Source: Naegleria gruberi | Taxonomy: Eukaryota | DNA: 64,000 bases | Strand: one strand, 5' to 3' | Assembly: GCA_000004985.1 (NCBI GenBank) | Contig: GG738907.1 | Shown: positions 54,316 to 64,000 of the stretch, one piece after another | How positions within the stretch are numbered: position 1 is the stretch's first letter | How the letters are laid out: every line of letters begins with the position of its first letter | Program-made: the position numbers and the translations under genes | The notes under the pieces: generated by a model | The model's database searches: none | Seen by the model: the letters and a program-made list of their open reading frames with translations, nothing else | Told to the model about the DNA's origin: nothing

Positions 54316-57300
54316 TTAAACAGAAGAAACAGTTACTTTCTTTCGATGTGTCAAAAACCATAATCTCAGTCCAAATGCTATACATGCCACAAGTCCCATA
54401 CCTCCAACTATTGGAATACTAATTAAGGCAAATAAGGCATACATGCTATTATCATTGGATTGTGAACAAATATTACTTTTACATCCATCTCCACAATAAT
54501 TAGCTTGGCACTGATCACAATTTGATCCAGTCCAATAACCATCTGCAGAATTGGCTTTACACTGACATATGTTTTGTGAAATGCAAAGTCCGTGACCTCC
54601 ACAAACAGCAGAATTGGTTTTTGGAATTTCAAAACATGTCCAAGAATCTGAATTGCCTGGAGTTTTTGTGGAATTTTGTGTTGTTGATTGAGTAGTATTA
54701 TTTACAAGAGTGTTATTATTACTTGTCGTGGTAGTATTTACATTATTGCCTATAAGTGTATTATTATTTACAATTGTGTTATTTGAAGAGTTAGTATTTG
54801 TAATATTATTATTTGTTATATTGTTTACAGTAGAATTATTATTCAATGACACAGTCTCATTTGTATTCATTGTTGTATTATTCGAATTATTGACAGTAGT
54901 GTTATTTGTAATAGTATTATTTGTAACGGTAGAATTTGAATTAAGTGTTGAGTTTGAAATAGCGTCATTGCTTAATGTTCCATTATTGTTTGGAATTGAA
55001 TTATTGGTATTGGAATTATTCATCTCTAGAGTGGTAGTATTTACAATAATTGAGCAATCCAATCCCTTCCATCCAAATTGACAATCACACTTATTTACAG
55101 TTGAACAGTTTCCATTTCCGGAACACACTGAACTATCATTGGCAAAAATGTTAAAGCAAGAAGGGATGGAACAATCGAATCCAAACCATCCATTAAAGCA
55201 TTGACAAGAATCAGTTGCTGTGCAATTACCATTTCCAGAACAAACTGAGCTCTCATTGCTTACAATTCCAAAACAAGTGGACAATTCACAATTATTTCCA
55301 TAAAAACCAGGATTACAAATGCAAGTATTTGGTGAATTACAAACTCCTCTTGATGAACAAACTTTTGAAGAATTTGAAATAATTCCAAAACATTTAGAGA
55401 ATTCACAAAATTGACCACCGTATAAATCTCCACAATCACAAACATCAGGTGCAAAACAAACACCCAAGCCATTACAGACATTTGGATTGTTGGCAAAGGT
55501 TCCATTGCATGTACGAAGTGTGGATATTACTCTTAGTCGACTATTGTCAGAGTCAATTACAATTATTTCACCATTTCGTCTTAAAATTACTCCAGATGGA
55601 TTATTGATTTTTGAAGCGGAGGCAGTGGTTCCATCTTCACTGTAACCCAAATCACCAGTTCCTGTAATGGTGGTGATATTACCATTAGAGAGAACTCTTC
55701 TAATTCTATTATTGTACGAATCTGCAATCAAGAGTTCATCACCGTCAATGGCAATTCCTTGTGGATATTTGAGTTGTGCATTTGTTGCTTCGATTCCATC
55801 ACCGTTATAACCTAATGTGCCTGTTCCTGCAACAGTTATAATTGTTCCATTAGTAAACATCTTTCTTATTCTATTGTTATAAGTATCTATTTGAATTAGT
55901 TCATCAATTGAAGATTCTTATTTCACTTACCTGCAATGTACATGTTATTACTTGAATCAAATGCGATAGATTGTGGATAATTCAGCTTGGTATTGTTCGG
56001 TAAGAGATAATCACCATTAAAACCAACAGAGCCTCCAATAACTGTGGAAATATTTCCACTTGGTAATATTAGTCTAATTCTATGATTATACGTATCTGTA
56101 ATATAAACAAGATCATTTGAATCAACAGTTACTGAAACTGGGGAATTGAGTTTCGCATTTGTTGCTGGAATTCCATCGCCATTGTAGCCACCTAATCCAA
56201 CTCCAGCTATAGTAAGAATTGTACCATTTGTCAAAATTTTTCTAATTCTATTATTACCAGAATCTGGTAAAGTTTCAATACAAAAAATAATGGAAGATTA
56301 CTTACCTGCAATATAAATATTACCAATGGAATCAAATGCAATTCCTGTTGGTTTGTTAACTTGAGCACTTGTTGCCAAAATTCCATCTCCATTATAACCA
56401 AAAGATCCAGTACCTGCAATGGTTGTGATGGTCCCATCCAAGTACGAAATCTTTCTAACTCTGTGATTGCTTGTATCTGTGAAAATCATTGAAACCTTAA
56501 TAAATTTCACACAATCAACTGAAAACTTACCAGCAATGTAAATATTTCCCAATGAATCCAATGCAGCACCTTTAGGTTTACTCAATGCGCTCAATCTAGA
56601 ATCAACATTTTCACCACAATATGATGGAGAACCTTGTCCAGCTATTGTGGTAATAAATCCATTTGAAATCTTTCTAATTCTGTGATTTCCCTTATCAGCA
56701 ATATATAAATCACTTGTGTTCTTGGCAAAATTCATCAATTCAGGAGAGGCAAGAGTTGCCAAATTGACCGTAGTATTATCAGTAAAACCATACAAACTCG
56801 TTCCTGCAAATGTTGTAATGGTTCCATTGGTAGACACCTTTCTAATTCTATTAGAATCTGAAAAATAAACTTCGCCTAATGATGAAACTGCAACTCCATA
56901 AGGTGAATTAATTTTAGCTAAGGTTGCCAGGCCTCCATCTCCATAATAATCACCTGTTCCAGTACCGGCTATGGTTACAATAGTGCCATTCAATAATACT
57001 TTACGAATTCTGTTATTATTGGTGTCAGCAATATAAATATTGTCTTTCGTATCAACAGCAACACCAAAGGAAAGAAACAAAGTTGCACTCGTAGCTTTCA
57101 TGTTATCTCCATTGTAACCTGTGAAAAAGTAATAAATTAAAAAACAGTTCCGTTAAAATACATACCTTGAGAATTGCTTCCTGCCACTGTTATAATTGTT
57201 CCATTGTTGAACACTTGGCGAATTCTATTATTGTTCACGTCGGTAAAGAGTAATTCTTCCTTGCTATTTAATGTAAGGCCATAAGGATAATTAATAGCTG

Positions 57301-57790
57301 CATTTCTGGCCAATCCATTATCTCCAGAAAAGGAATCAACTCCAGTTCCGACAATGGTTATAATAGTACCATTGGTTAATATCTTTCTAATTCTATTGTT
57401 GCCATTATCACTGAACAACACCTCTCCCATAGAATTAACAACTACTGATACAGGATTTTTCAATTGAGCTCTAATTGCTTCAATTCCATCTCCGTTATAT
57501 CCTGAAAATCCAGTCCCTGCAATTGTTGTAATGGTGCCATTTGGAAATACTTGACGAATTCTGTGATTATTGCTATCTGCAATGAAGAGTGAACCATCTG
57601 GACCCAATGCTGATGATGCAGGATTTGCCAAAGAAGCCTTAATTGCCAAGCCACCATCACAAACACCTCCACCTGCAATTGTTGTGATTCTTCTCAATGA
57701 TGTAGTATTCTGTGCTTGAATTGTTGCAAGAGCGCTTGAAAGTAATAGGAAGACGCTGAGCCAGTAGAATGGATTTTGAGTATTGTACAT
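54316..57790 (-). CDS. Type I transmembrane receptor-like protein: signal peptide + ~14 NHL repeats + tenascin-type EGF repeats + Asn/Thr-rich stalk + TM; 4 exons (57166..57790, 56306..57118, 55931..56263, 54316..55886; introns 47, 42, 44 nt)
   Basis: Signal peptide MYNTQNPFYWLSVFLLLSSALA. The NHL-type repeat ...DSNNHRIRQVFPNGTITTIAGTG..GYNGDG... recurs. All three splice junctions fall within the repeat and restore it: NSQ|G YNGDN, IAG|D SGNNRIRKI, IAG|D TYNNRIRKM. The EGF repeats are CNGLGVCFAPDVCDCGDLYGGQFCE, CSSRGVCNSPNTCICNPGFYGNNCE and further copies. The N/T/S-rich stalk carries many NxT/S sites. The TM is LFALISIPIVGGMGLVACIAFGL, followed by a short basic tail. Confidence 0.65.
54640..55040 (-). 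repeat. Coding Asn/Thr-rich low-complexity tract (aat/act/aca/att repeats) forming the stalk of the NHL-EGF receptor
   Basis: The sequence is dominated by attatt / tgttatt / agtatt units. It translates to NNTITNNTTVNNSNNTTMNTNETVSLNNNSTVNNITNNNITNTNSSNNT. Confidence 0.6.
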
Positions 57791-58187
57791 GGTTTTGATG
57801 TCAACTGGGTTTTTTTCTTTTTGTTTTCCTGTTGCATATATGATTAATAAATGTTCTAGAGATGCAATGAAGTGTAAGAGCTCAAATTCTAGCTGCATCC
57901 AACCAAATTAAGCCCTTAATCATTTGATCTCTATTGGAATGATATATTTGGATTTCCATGGAGATCCTTGGGTTGTTGAGGAAGAGTTCAACACACAACT
58001 CGTCGAACAACATAAGAATCCAAAATTCCTTAGATATCCTACACTACACTCGATCTTATTAGAATTAATAAATAAATCTGTTGAGTTTCCACATGAGTTT
58101 CTCTAATTGTCAACAAATGTCATTGAATTACACAATCATTGCTAGACACATTCATATGATTTATTCAATTCCAAAACAACTTTGAAA

Positions 58188-58697
58188 TTAGACACTGCAA
58201 ATAAAATTAGTGTCAACCCAACCAATAGAGCTTCCAACCAAAACCTTTGTAACATAAATTCCTTGTTCAGTATAAATTGGATCAGACAATACATAACCGA
58301 ATTGACCTTGAACAAATGTGAAAGCAGGCTTTCCATAAAGCAATGGAGTTGAATACACATTCAATGAGCTTCCCTTACAAACAACTACTTTATCACCACC
58401 TCTAAACTCTGACTTGATTGCACACAAATTACTCAACAAGACATCTCCCTGAATGCCATAAACTGAAATTGGAAACATGAGTTTTTCTCTGCCACAGAAG
58501 AAACTTTGACCAATAATTTCGACACGAGTGTTGGCTGGAAGGAGGAGTGTGTAATTGTTGAGATTGCATTTATCATTGTTAATGATTGGTGCAAGTTCTT
58601 CTTTTGCTAAATTGCAAATTTCAACATAGATTGGCTTTCCAATAACTAGAAAACTCAATGCTAAGACGAAACAAGTGAATAGAATTGACTTGAACAT
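58188..58697 (-). CDS. Small secreted Cys-containing protein (hypothetical)
   Basis: A 169-aa ORF opening with ATG in an A-run. Signal peptide MFKSILFTCFVLALSFLVIG. There are 8 Cys. I recognise no family. Confidence 0.4.
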   Translation of the reverse strand: MFKSILFTCFVLALSFLVIGKPIYVEICNLAKEELAPIINNDKCNLNNYTLLLPANTRVEIIGQSFFCGREKLMFPISVYGIQGDVLLSNLCAIKSEFRGGDKVVVCKGSSLNVYSTPLLYGKPAFTFVQGQFGYVLSDPIYTEQGIYVTKVLVGSSIGWVDTNFICSV

Positions 58698-59579
58698 TTT
58701 TTTTTCAATAGGAGTTTGAATCTAGTTGGATATTCGAATGTTTTATAGTTTTGGATTGAATGTTAAAGCAAATTCTTAATAATCTTCAAGTAACATTTAT
58801 TTGAAAATCTTTGAATTGCTTTCATCCAATTTAGTTTGAATGTTACCGTGATTTTCACCGAAATGTCACTCTGAGTAGTTCAATTTTGATTCTACTAAAA
58901 GAAGAACATATGAAACACTTGAAATATGATTATATTCGAATCGTTTCACATGATTCTGCCCTCCAATAACATTACGGTAAACTAATAACCTCAATGTTAA
59001 TTTGAAACCAATCAGAAATTTATTTTTTACAACAAATATTATAAAGGTCAATAAGGAAACTTTATAAATTTTTGAGAATCAATACTACTAGTTTCGAATA
59101 GGTTCCGTTTGGAAATTTCTTGCACCTTTAGCAAGAGATAGCATTCGTCCTCAGCACAAACAAACATCACAACCCATCAAAAAAGTGTTTTCCCTCCATA
59201 AAAATAGAATTTACAGCTCTACCAAAAAAATTTGCAATCAAACTTTTCCTTGCCAACAACTTTCAATAGAAGAAGATAACCAAAATTGTTGTGTTGTGAG
59301 GCAAACCCTATATTCATCTATTCATCATCAAGAAGAAGAGAAGATTTATTCTGTAGTGTACCGTTCATTTGAATTATTGTCTCTTGATTGTGATCATCAT
59401 CAAGTCAACCCGGTTGTTCAAATCATCATTGTATAAAAAAACATCAAAACATCATTAGCATCATCATCAATATTATTAACGTTAAACTTTTAAAAGAAAC
59501 AAAATCATATAACAACAACAATAATAACAAATTTATAAATTTCTAAAGAGAAATCACAAGAAATAATAATAATAACAAT

Positions 59580-61047
59580 ATGGGATTAGGAAGTTCAACG
59601 CATGCAGGAGAGGAATTTAGTGCTCCCAAGAGACAATCATCTGCTTCATCATCAACTCAGAAAAAGCCTGAAGATGTTGTTTTGGAGAAGGTTTTAGCCA
59701 ATTCGATTATTAAACAAAAACTTGGTAACAATATTCAACAAATGAAGATGTTTGCTCAGCAGTTGGCCTATCCAGAAGAATTGAAGGAATCGTATTTACA
59801 CACTGATTGGGTACAAACAACAAAGTTGATATCAGACATTTCGACCAAAGTTAACGAAGATGTTTCTAATTTAAATGATGGCAGCAGTAGCCAAGATTTG
59901 ATTAGGAGAGGATCTCAATTACTTCAATCGACACAATCGGCCAATGATATGAAGATTATTGGCTCTTTTAATTCTACAATGAACTCACAAGAAGGAGATA
60001 ATTTTAATAGCGAGCTTGCTAAACAGCCTCCTCTCCAATTGAAGGACAAGATTAGAATTAAATTATTAGTAACCGAAACTGCAAGAAATAATACTGATAG
60101 AACTATTAGACAATTGTTGTCGCCTGTACTGAATCAATTTAATGTTCTACCAGAGATGGGTATGTTCCATACTGCTCTTATTGTAGGTCCATGGAAATTG
60201 GAGGTATGTTCTAATTAACTGACATTTAACTAACATTTAATTTTCTAATTATGTTCTTCATGGTGGACAATGAATATTAATCATCATCATCATTTAATAA
60301 TAATAATAATATGAACTATAGTTTAATGATTCGGGTATTGTAGTACCTAGAAAAATCATGTCACAAGCAGCTGTAGTTACTGCTGATATTGATTATATTT
60401 CGACTGTTGACAGATTGGAACAAGTTATCGACAGTCTTGCTAAAGTAATTTGTAAATGGAACGTGACAATGTATTATAAACAAACAGGTGGAGACAAGTC
60501 AAAATATGGAAATTGTCAAGATTTTGTGGATGACTGCATGGAAGCATTAGGAGTAAAATTAAACTTTGATGGAGCCTTGAAGAATTTCCTGACGCGTTTG
60601 AGAAAAACAGGAAATAGCAAACTTCAATTCGAAATGACCAGAGAATTTATTGAGACTTTTAATCTAGTTGAAATTTATCCATCACTTCAGCGAGCTTTAC
60701 AACAACACCAAGACAACTCGAGTAGTGGATCGAATAATTCTTCAGAGCAGGATGAAGATCCAGCTGGTGCTCTTATTTTTAATACCCATAAGGAACTCGA
60801 CAAGTTTGTTTGGATTTTGATGAATAAGGACTTTGAATTTCAAAATCATTACCCATGTGAATATCAACTTTTGAAATCATTTGATAGAGCTTTCTGGGTT
60901 AAGGCTATCACTTATCCAGACATGCAACAATTCCATCCACTCTATGAAGATGAGGAAAAGAATCAACCACCACCAAAGAATGAAGAAAGGAAACACAAGT
61001 GTCCTTTCGGAGATCCTTGTGCAGCATCATTCATTTATCTTCAATAA
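59580..61047 (+). CDS. PPPDE/DeSI-like (peptidase C97) domain protein with N-myristoylation motif; 2 exons (59580..60203, 60322..61047; intron 118 nt)
   Basis: MGLGSS is an N-myristoylation consensus. Splicing gives GMFHTALIVGPWKLE|FNDSGIVVP, matching the DeSI motif G.(F/Y)HTG(I/V).V.G.EY.FG..GI around the catalytic His. Downstream, KYGNCQDFVDDCMEALG matches the DeSI block NCNHFSDALCQFL around the catalytic Cys. Confidence 0.6.
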
Positions 61048-62804
61048 ATGTCACATTTTATTTCCAAATCACAAAAGAATCTCCTATCGATTCGAATATC
61101 TGAAATCGCCTCCTCCTTAATGTGGAAATAATTGGTAAAGTGTGCAACAGGTAACATTTCTGCTTTCATCAATTCAAAAGCATGATTATCAACCTTGGAT
61201 GAGGTAAGGAAAGTTTTCACAACAAAGCAATCCTGATTCTTACGAAATGGTCTGAAAGAATACATGCTTCTCTTATTGATTGTGAATTTTGGCATATTGA
61301 GTTTTTCCAATTCATTCCTAGTAAAGCCATTAATTTCTCCTCCATAATTAGTTAGGAAATGTCTTGGTTGTTGTTTCCTCTTCTTTGAAACGGCTGTGAA
61401 TCCATCTTCTAGCATTTCTTCGCTTCTAGTCTTGTAAACTGTTGGCCTAGTTTCAGTAAGTGTCTTTTTGGATAGATCCATAATTAACCATTTGGAATTT
61501 TCAAACAATTCCAAGAGAGTAATCTCTTCTGTATTGGTTCCATTATTTGCCCTTTCTAAAAGAATCAAATATTTTGATTCTGTTAATTTACAAACTTCTC
61601 CAATTTTTAAACCTTCCAAGTGTTTTGTTAAGCTTTCCGAAAGAATTTCATCCTTTTCCAAAGTAAAAGCTGATCCATTACTTCCAATAGAAAAAACATC
61701 AGAATTAGCAATCATGAACATGCCTTTGTGAGATGGTAATTCACAAGAAAGGAGCAGTTTCTTTGAGTTTTGAAGTAAACTAGGAAGAGGAAATAATCTC
61801 TTCTCAATTGTATCCAAATCGTACAATACCAACTGATTTTCATTGATTGTGAGAGTATTTGTAGACTTTCTATCTGGGAATATTCGATTCAAAGGAGTGA
61901 ATTTACCAGAAATTAATTCAGATTCTCTTTCAAATGGTGAACTCTTTACATACTTTTCAACCAAAACTCGCGTGTTTGCAATTTCCAATCTATCCATAAT
62001 TAATCTAAACTGTACATACATTCCTTCACTCAAGAATGTGAATTTCCCACTATTCACAATATGATTATCCTCATTCTCAATTTTCACGTCATTTTCAAAA
62101 GTAAACATGTAATGATTCCTCCTGGAAAAATCACCTTCCAATTCCAAATACTTTTTCATCTTGCCATCGATTTCCAAATCCAAGAATATGAAATCCTCCA
62201 AATCACTCACAATCCTAAACTTTCTCATATTTATGAGTGCAATCTTGTATTGAGATATTCCCTGAGTGAAATACTCTCCCTCCACACGTTCAGAATCATG
62301 ATGAAACAAACCACTCGTGTCCTTCCTAATCATCACCAACATGAAAGCATTCGTCATTGCACTCTTAAACCCCTCAAATTCTCTCAATTCCACGCCATTC
62401 TCCTCTACAAAACTAAAGTGCGCAGCCATCATTTTACTCTTAAACAATTGTCTTCTCTTTTCCTTCCGAGCATCCTTAGCATTCATCGTTGTATTTACAT
62501 TCTTATTATTTACATTATTTGATGATGATGAATTATTCCTTTTCAAAGCCTTTGATTTTGTATTATTATTATTATTATTATTAATTTTAATATTATTATT
62601 ATTCAAAGCCTTTGATGATGCGGAATTAATTGGCTTAAATGTTTCATGGCAAATCAAGCCTAAAGGAATGACCTCAGTGGAGGCGATGAAACTCTGTTGT
62701 GTTTCCTCTGGTTGATAATAGTAGTAATCATCGGTTTGGTAGAGATCGTTTTCATAGCCTAATAGACTGTTATATTTGATCGGAATGATACGATCGGCCA
62801 CCAT
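61041..62804 (-). CDS. Hypothetical 587-aa protein with poly-Asn tract (no recognised family)
   Basis: The ORF opens with ATG (atcatcATGgtg). An N-rich low-complexity insert (NNNNIKINNNNNNNTKSKALKRNNSSSS) is encoded by (att/tta)n DNA flanked by the direct repeat caaagcctttgat. The rest is well balanced in composition. The stop overlaps the convergent upstream gene's stop by 7 nt. Confidence 0.4.
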   Translation of the reverse strand: MVADRIIPIKYNSLLGYENDLYQTDDYYYYQPEETQQSFIASTEVIPLGLICHETFKPINSASSKALNNNNIKINNNNNNNTKSKALKRNNSSSSNNVNNKNVNTTMNAKDARKEKRRQLFKSKMMAAHFSFVEENGVELREFEGFKSAMTNAFMLVMIRKDTSGLFHHDSERVEGEYFTQGISQYKIALINMRKFRIVSDLEDFIFLDLEIDGKMKKYLELEGDFSRRNHYMFTFENDVKIENEDNHIVNSGKFTFLSEGMYVQFRLIMDRLEIANTRVLVEKYVKSSPFERESELISGKFTPLNRIFPDRKSTNTLTINENQLVLYDLDTIEKRLFPLPSLLQNSKKLLLSCELPSHKGMFMIANSDVFSIGSNGSAFTLEKDEILSESLTKHLEGLKIGEVCKLTESKYLILLERANNGTNTEEITLLELFENSKWLIMDLSKKTLTETRPTVYKTRSEEMLEDGFTAVSKKRKQQPRHFLTNYGGEINGFTRNELEKLNMPKFTINKRSMYSFRPFRKNQDCFVVKTFLTSSKVDNHAFELMKAEMLPVAHFTNYFHIKEEAISDIRIDRRFFCDLEIKCDIY

Positions 62805-62927
62805 GATGATCTTGTTTTGCTAATTTTTTTTTGTTAATTTTATATATAGAATTATTTTAAATACAGTTTACAATAATATTTTGTAAACTTTGAACTCTAA
62901 TTACCCTAAAAACATGTCCAAAAAAAA

Positions 62928-64000
62928 ATGTCGCAACTCAAACTGCTATTCTCTTTGATGCTGCTCATTTCCATCATCCTGGTCATGACGATGAATTTTC
63001 AAATTAATGGAAAAATCAATCATCACACATTGATGAATATTAATTCCTCCGATGTAGACAAGAAGAAGATGATGAATTATAATAATCAAAAGCGAGTCAG
63101 GGTAAAATCAAACTCTCAATGTGAATGTTCTTCCTATCCAAATTTAGAAATTCATGATGACGAAAAATTGTCTCAAATTTTGTTGGAGGCCAAAATGGAA
63201 TTTATGAAGGGTGTTGTGATGGAAAAATTCAATAGTTTGGATGTTACGTTGATGCTACCTGTCAATGGGACTAAGGTTTGGAGGAGAGGAAGTGTCAATC
63301 CTAGAAAATTGACCTATCCAGCAAGTTGTGTGAAATTGGCTTATTTATTTAGTTCATTCCATTGGTGTAAGAATGTGAAGAGGGAGAGAATTGTGGATTG
63401 TATTGATATTCATACTCATCCAATGATTACTTGGAGTGATAATTTGGAGACTGGATATGTTGTGGATGCCATCTCTGAACAATTGAATTTGTACGATTTG
63501 AATTCTGTCAATGATGCAAGATTTCATTCATGGTTAGAGAAGAGAAATTTCACAATGAAATATTTGGAGAGTAGAAATTTGATTGGAAATCAAATTTTCA
63601 TTGCCAAGACCTATCCAACCAATAGTGGACAAATGCCAATTGGAGCAGAGGCAGTTCAGAGATCTTTCACTGGACCTAATGCAATGGCTCCATGTTGTGC
63701 TGCTTCATTGGTATTGCAGACAATGTATGGACTCGAGAAGGAGGAAACTGATTATGCAAAGAAGTTGTTATTCCATAGAAGATTTGATGATTGGAGTGCT
63801 ATTGCTCCAGCTCTTCCACCTGGAAGTAAGTTTATTTTAATATTATTCGAAATTGACTACTTATTTGAAATGCTCATCAAATGAATGAATTTGTAATGCA
63901 GCTCTCTTACATAACAAGATTGGAAATGCCTATGATAATATTAATGACCTAGTTCATCTTGTTCTTCCAAATGGAAAGGAAGCAATTGTGGCCATCTTAT
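62928..64000 (+). CDS. Class A beta-lactamase-fold serine hydrolase-like protein with signal peptide (3' partial; exon 1 62928..63825, intron 76 nt, exon 2 from 63902 running past window end)
   Basis: Signal/TM MSQLKLLFSLMLLISIILVMTM. The S-x-x-K motif is PASCVKLAYL (compare STFKVLLC). The SDN motif is ITWSDNLETGYVV. ARFHSWLEKRN resembles LDRWEPELN. After the gtaagt...tgcag intron, HNKIGNAYDNINDLVHLVLPNGKEAIVAIL resembles DKTGAGERG...GPNNKAERIVVIY, but with KTG replaced by KIG. Confidence 0.55.

Noticed and set aside
54710-55081. Plus-strand 123-aa ORF (LLLLVVVVFTLLP...)
   Set aside because: It is the antisense reading of the aat/act-rich stalk repeat of the NHL-EGF gene. A Leu/Val/Phe polymer is expected from such a complement.
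61468-62715. Several plus-strand ORFs (87-153 aa) between 61468 and 62715
   Set aside because: All are antisense to the well-supported 587-aa minus-strand gene, which has an ATG start, balanced composition and a single long frame.
1-64000. Prokaryote-style features: operons, RBS, Rho-independent terminators, CRISPR arrays, IS elements
   Set aside because: The sequence is clearly eukaryotic, with spliceosomal introns, signal peptides, TRIM/kelch/G-alpha/RNA polymerase I genes, and poly-N/Q tracts. I saw no direct-repeat/spacer arrays or transposase ORFs.
1-64000. tRNA or rRNA genes
   Set aside because: I scanned intergenic GC-richer islands for T-loop (GGTTCGAnnCC) and acceptor-stem signatures and found none. 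The few GTTCGA hits lie inside coding exons.

Overview
This window is eukaryotic nuclear DNA, not prokaryotic. It is AT-rich (about two-thirds A+T in coding sequence, higher between genes). Start codons sit in A-runs (aaaATG). The proteins carry many Asn/Gln/Thr/Ser homopolymer tracts. Many genes are split by GT-AG introns that are unusually short and AT-rich, mostly 42-55 nt and a few 70-118 nt, with gtaagt or gtatgt donors and aatag, ttag or tgcag acceptors. Taken together these features most resemble a dictyostelid-like social amoeba (Amoebozoa) that is less AT-biased than D. discoideum. That assignment is an inference and I cannot name the species. I recognise about 32 protein-coding genes on both strands, roughly one per 2 kb. 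The recognisable housekeeping genes are a RagA-like GTPase, the RNA polymerase I second-largest subunit, a 4-exon G-alpha subunit, a 3-exon copper P1B-ATPase, a Rad51 paralog, a ZGRF1-like helicase, a TRAP/ACP5-like acid phosphatase, a PX-domain protein and an RCC1+BTB protein. The accessory or unusual genes are a GH25 lysozyme, a formate/nitrite-transporter channel, a class-A beta-lactamase-like serine hydrolase that runs off the window end, an N-myristoylated PPPDE/DeSI-like peptidase, an NHL-propeller/EGF transmembrane receptor, a secreted VWD(GDPH) protein fused to a long Lys/Ala/Glu/Arg-rich helical repeat, two tandem paralogs of a poly-Cys-tailed membrane protein, a RING-B-box-B-box-coiled-coil (TRIM-like) protein, a degenerate small-GTPase-like protein, and a gene fusing a prolyl-4-hydroxylase-like 2OG dioxygenase, an F-box and a compact actin-related (Arp-like) domain. 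I rate that last gene the most interesting. I found no rRNA, tRNA, CRISPR or obvious transposon. I derived all intron boundaries by hand from splice motifs and reading-frame continuity, so they should be confirmed with transcript data.
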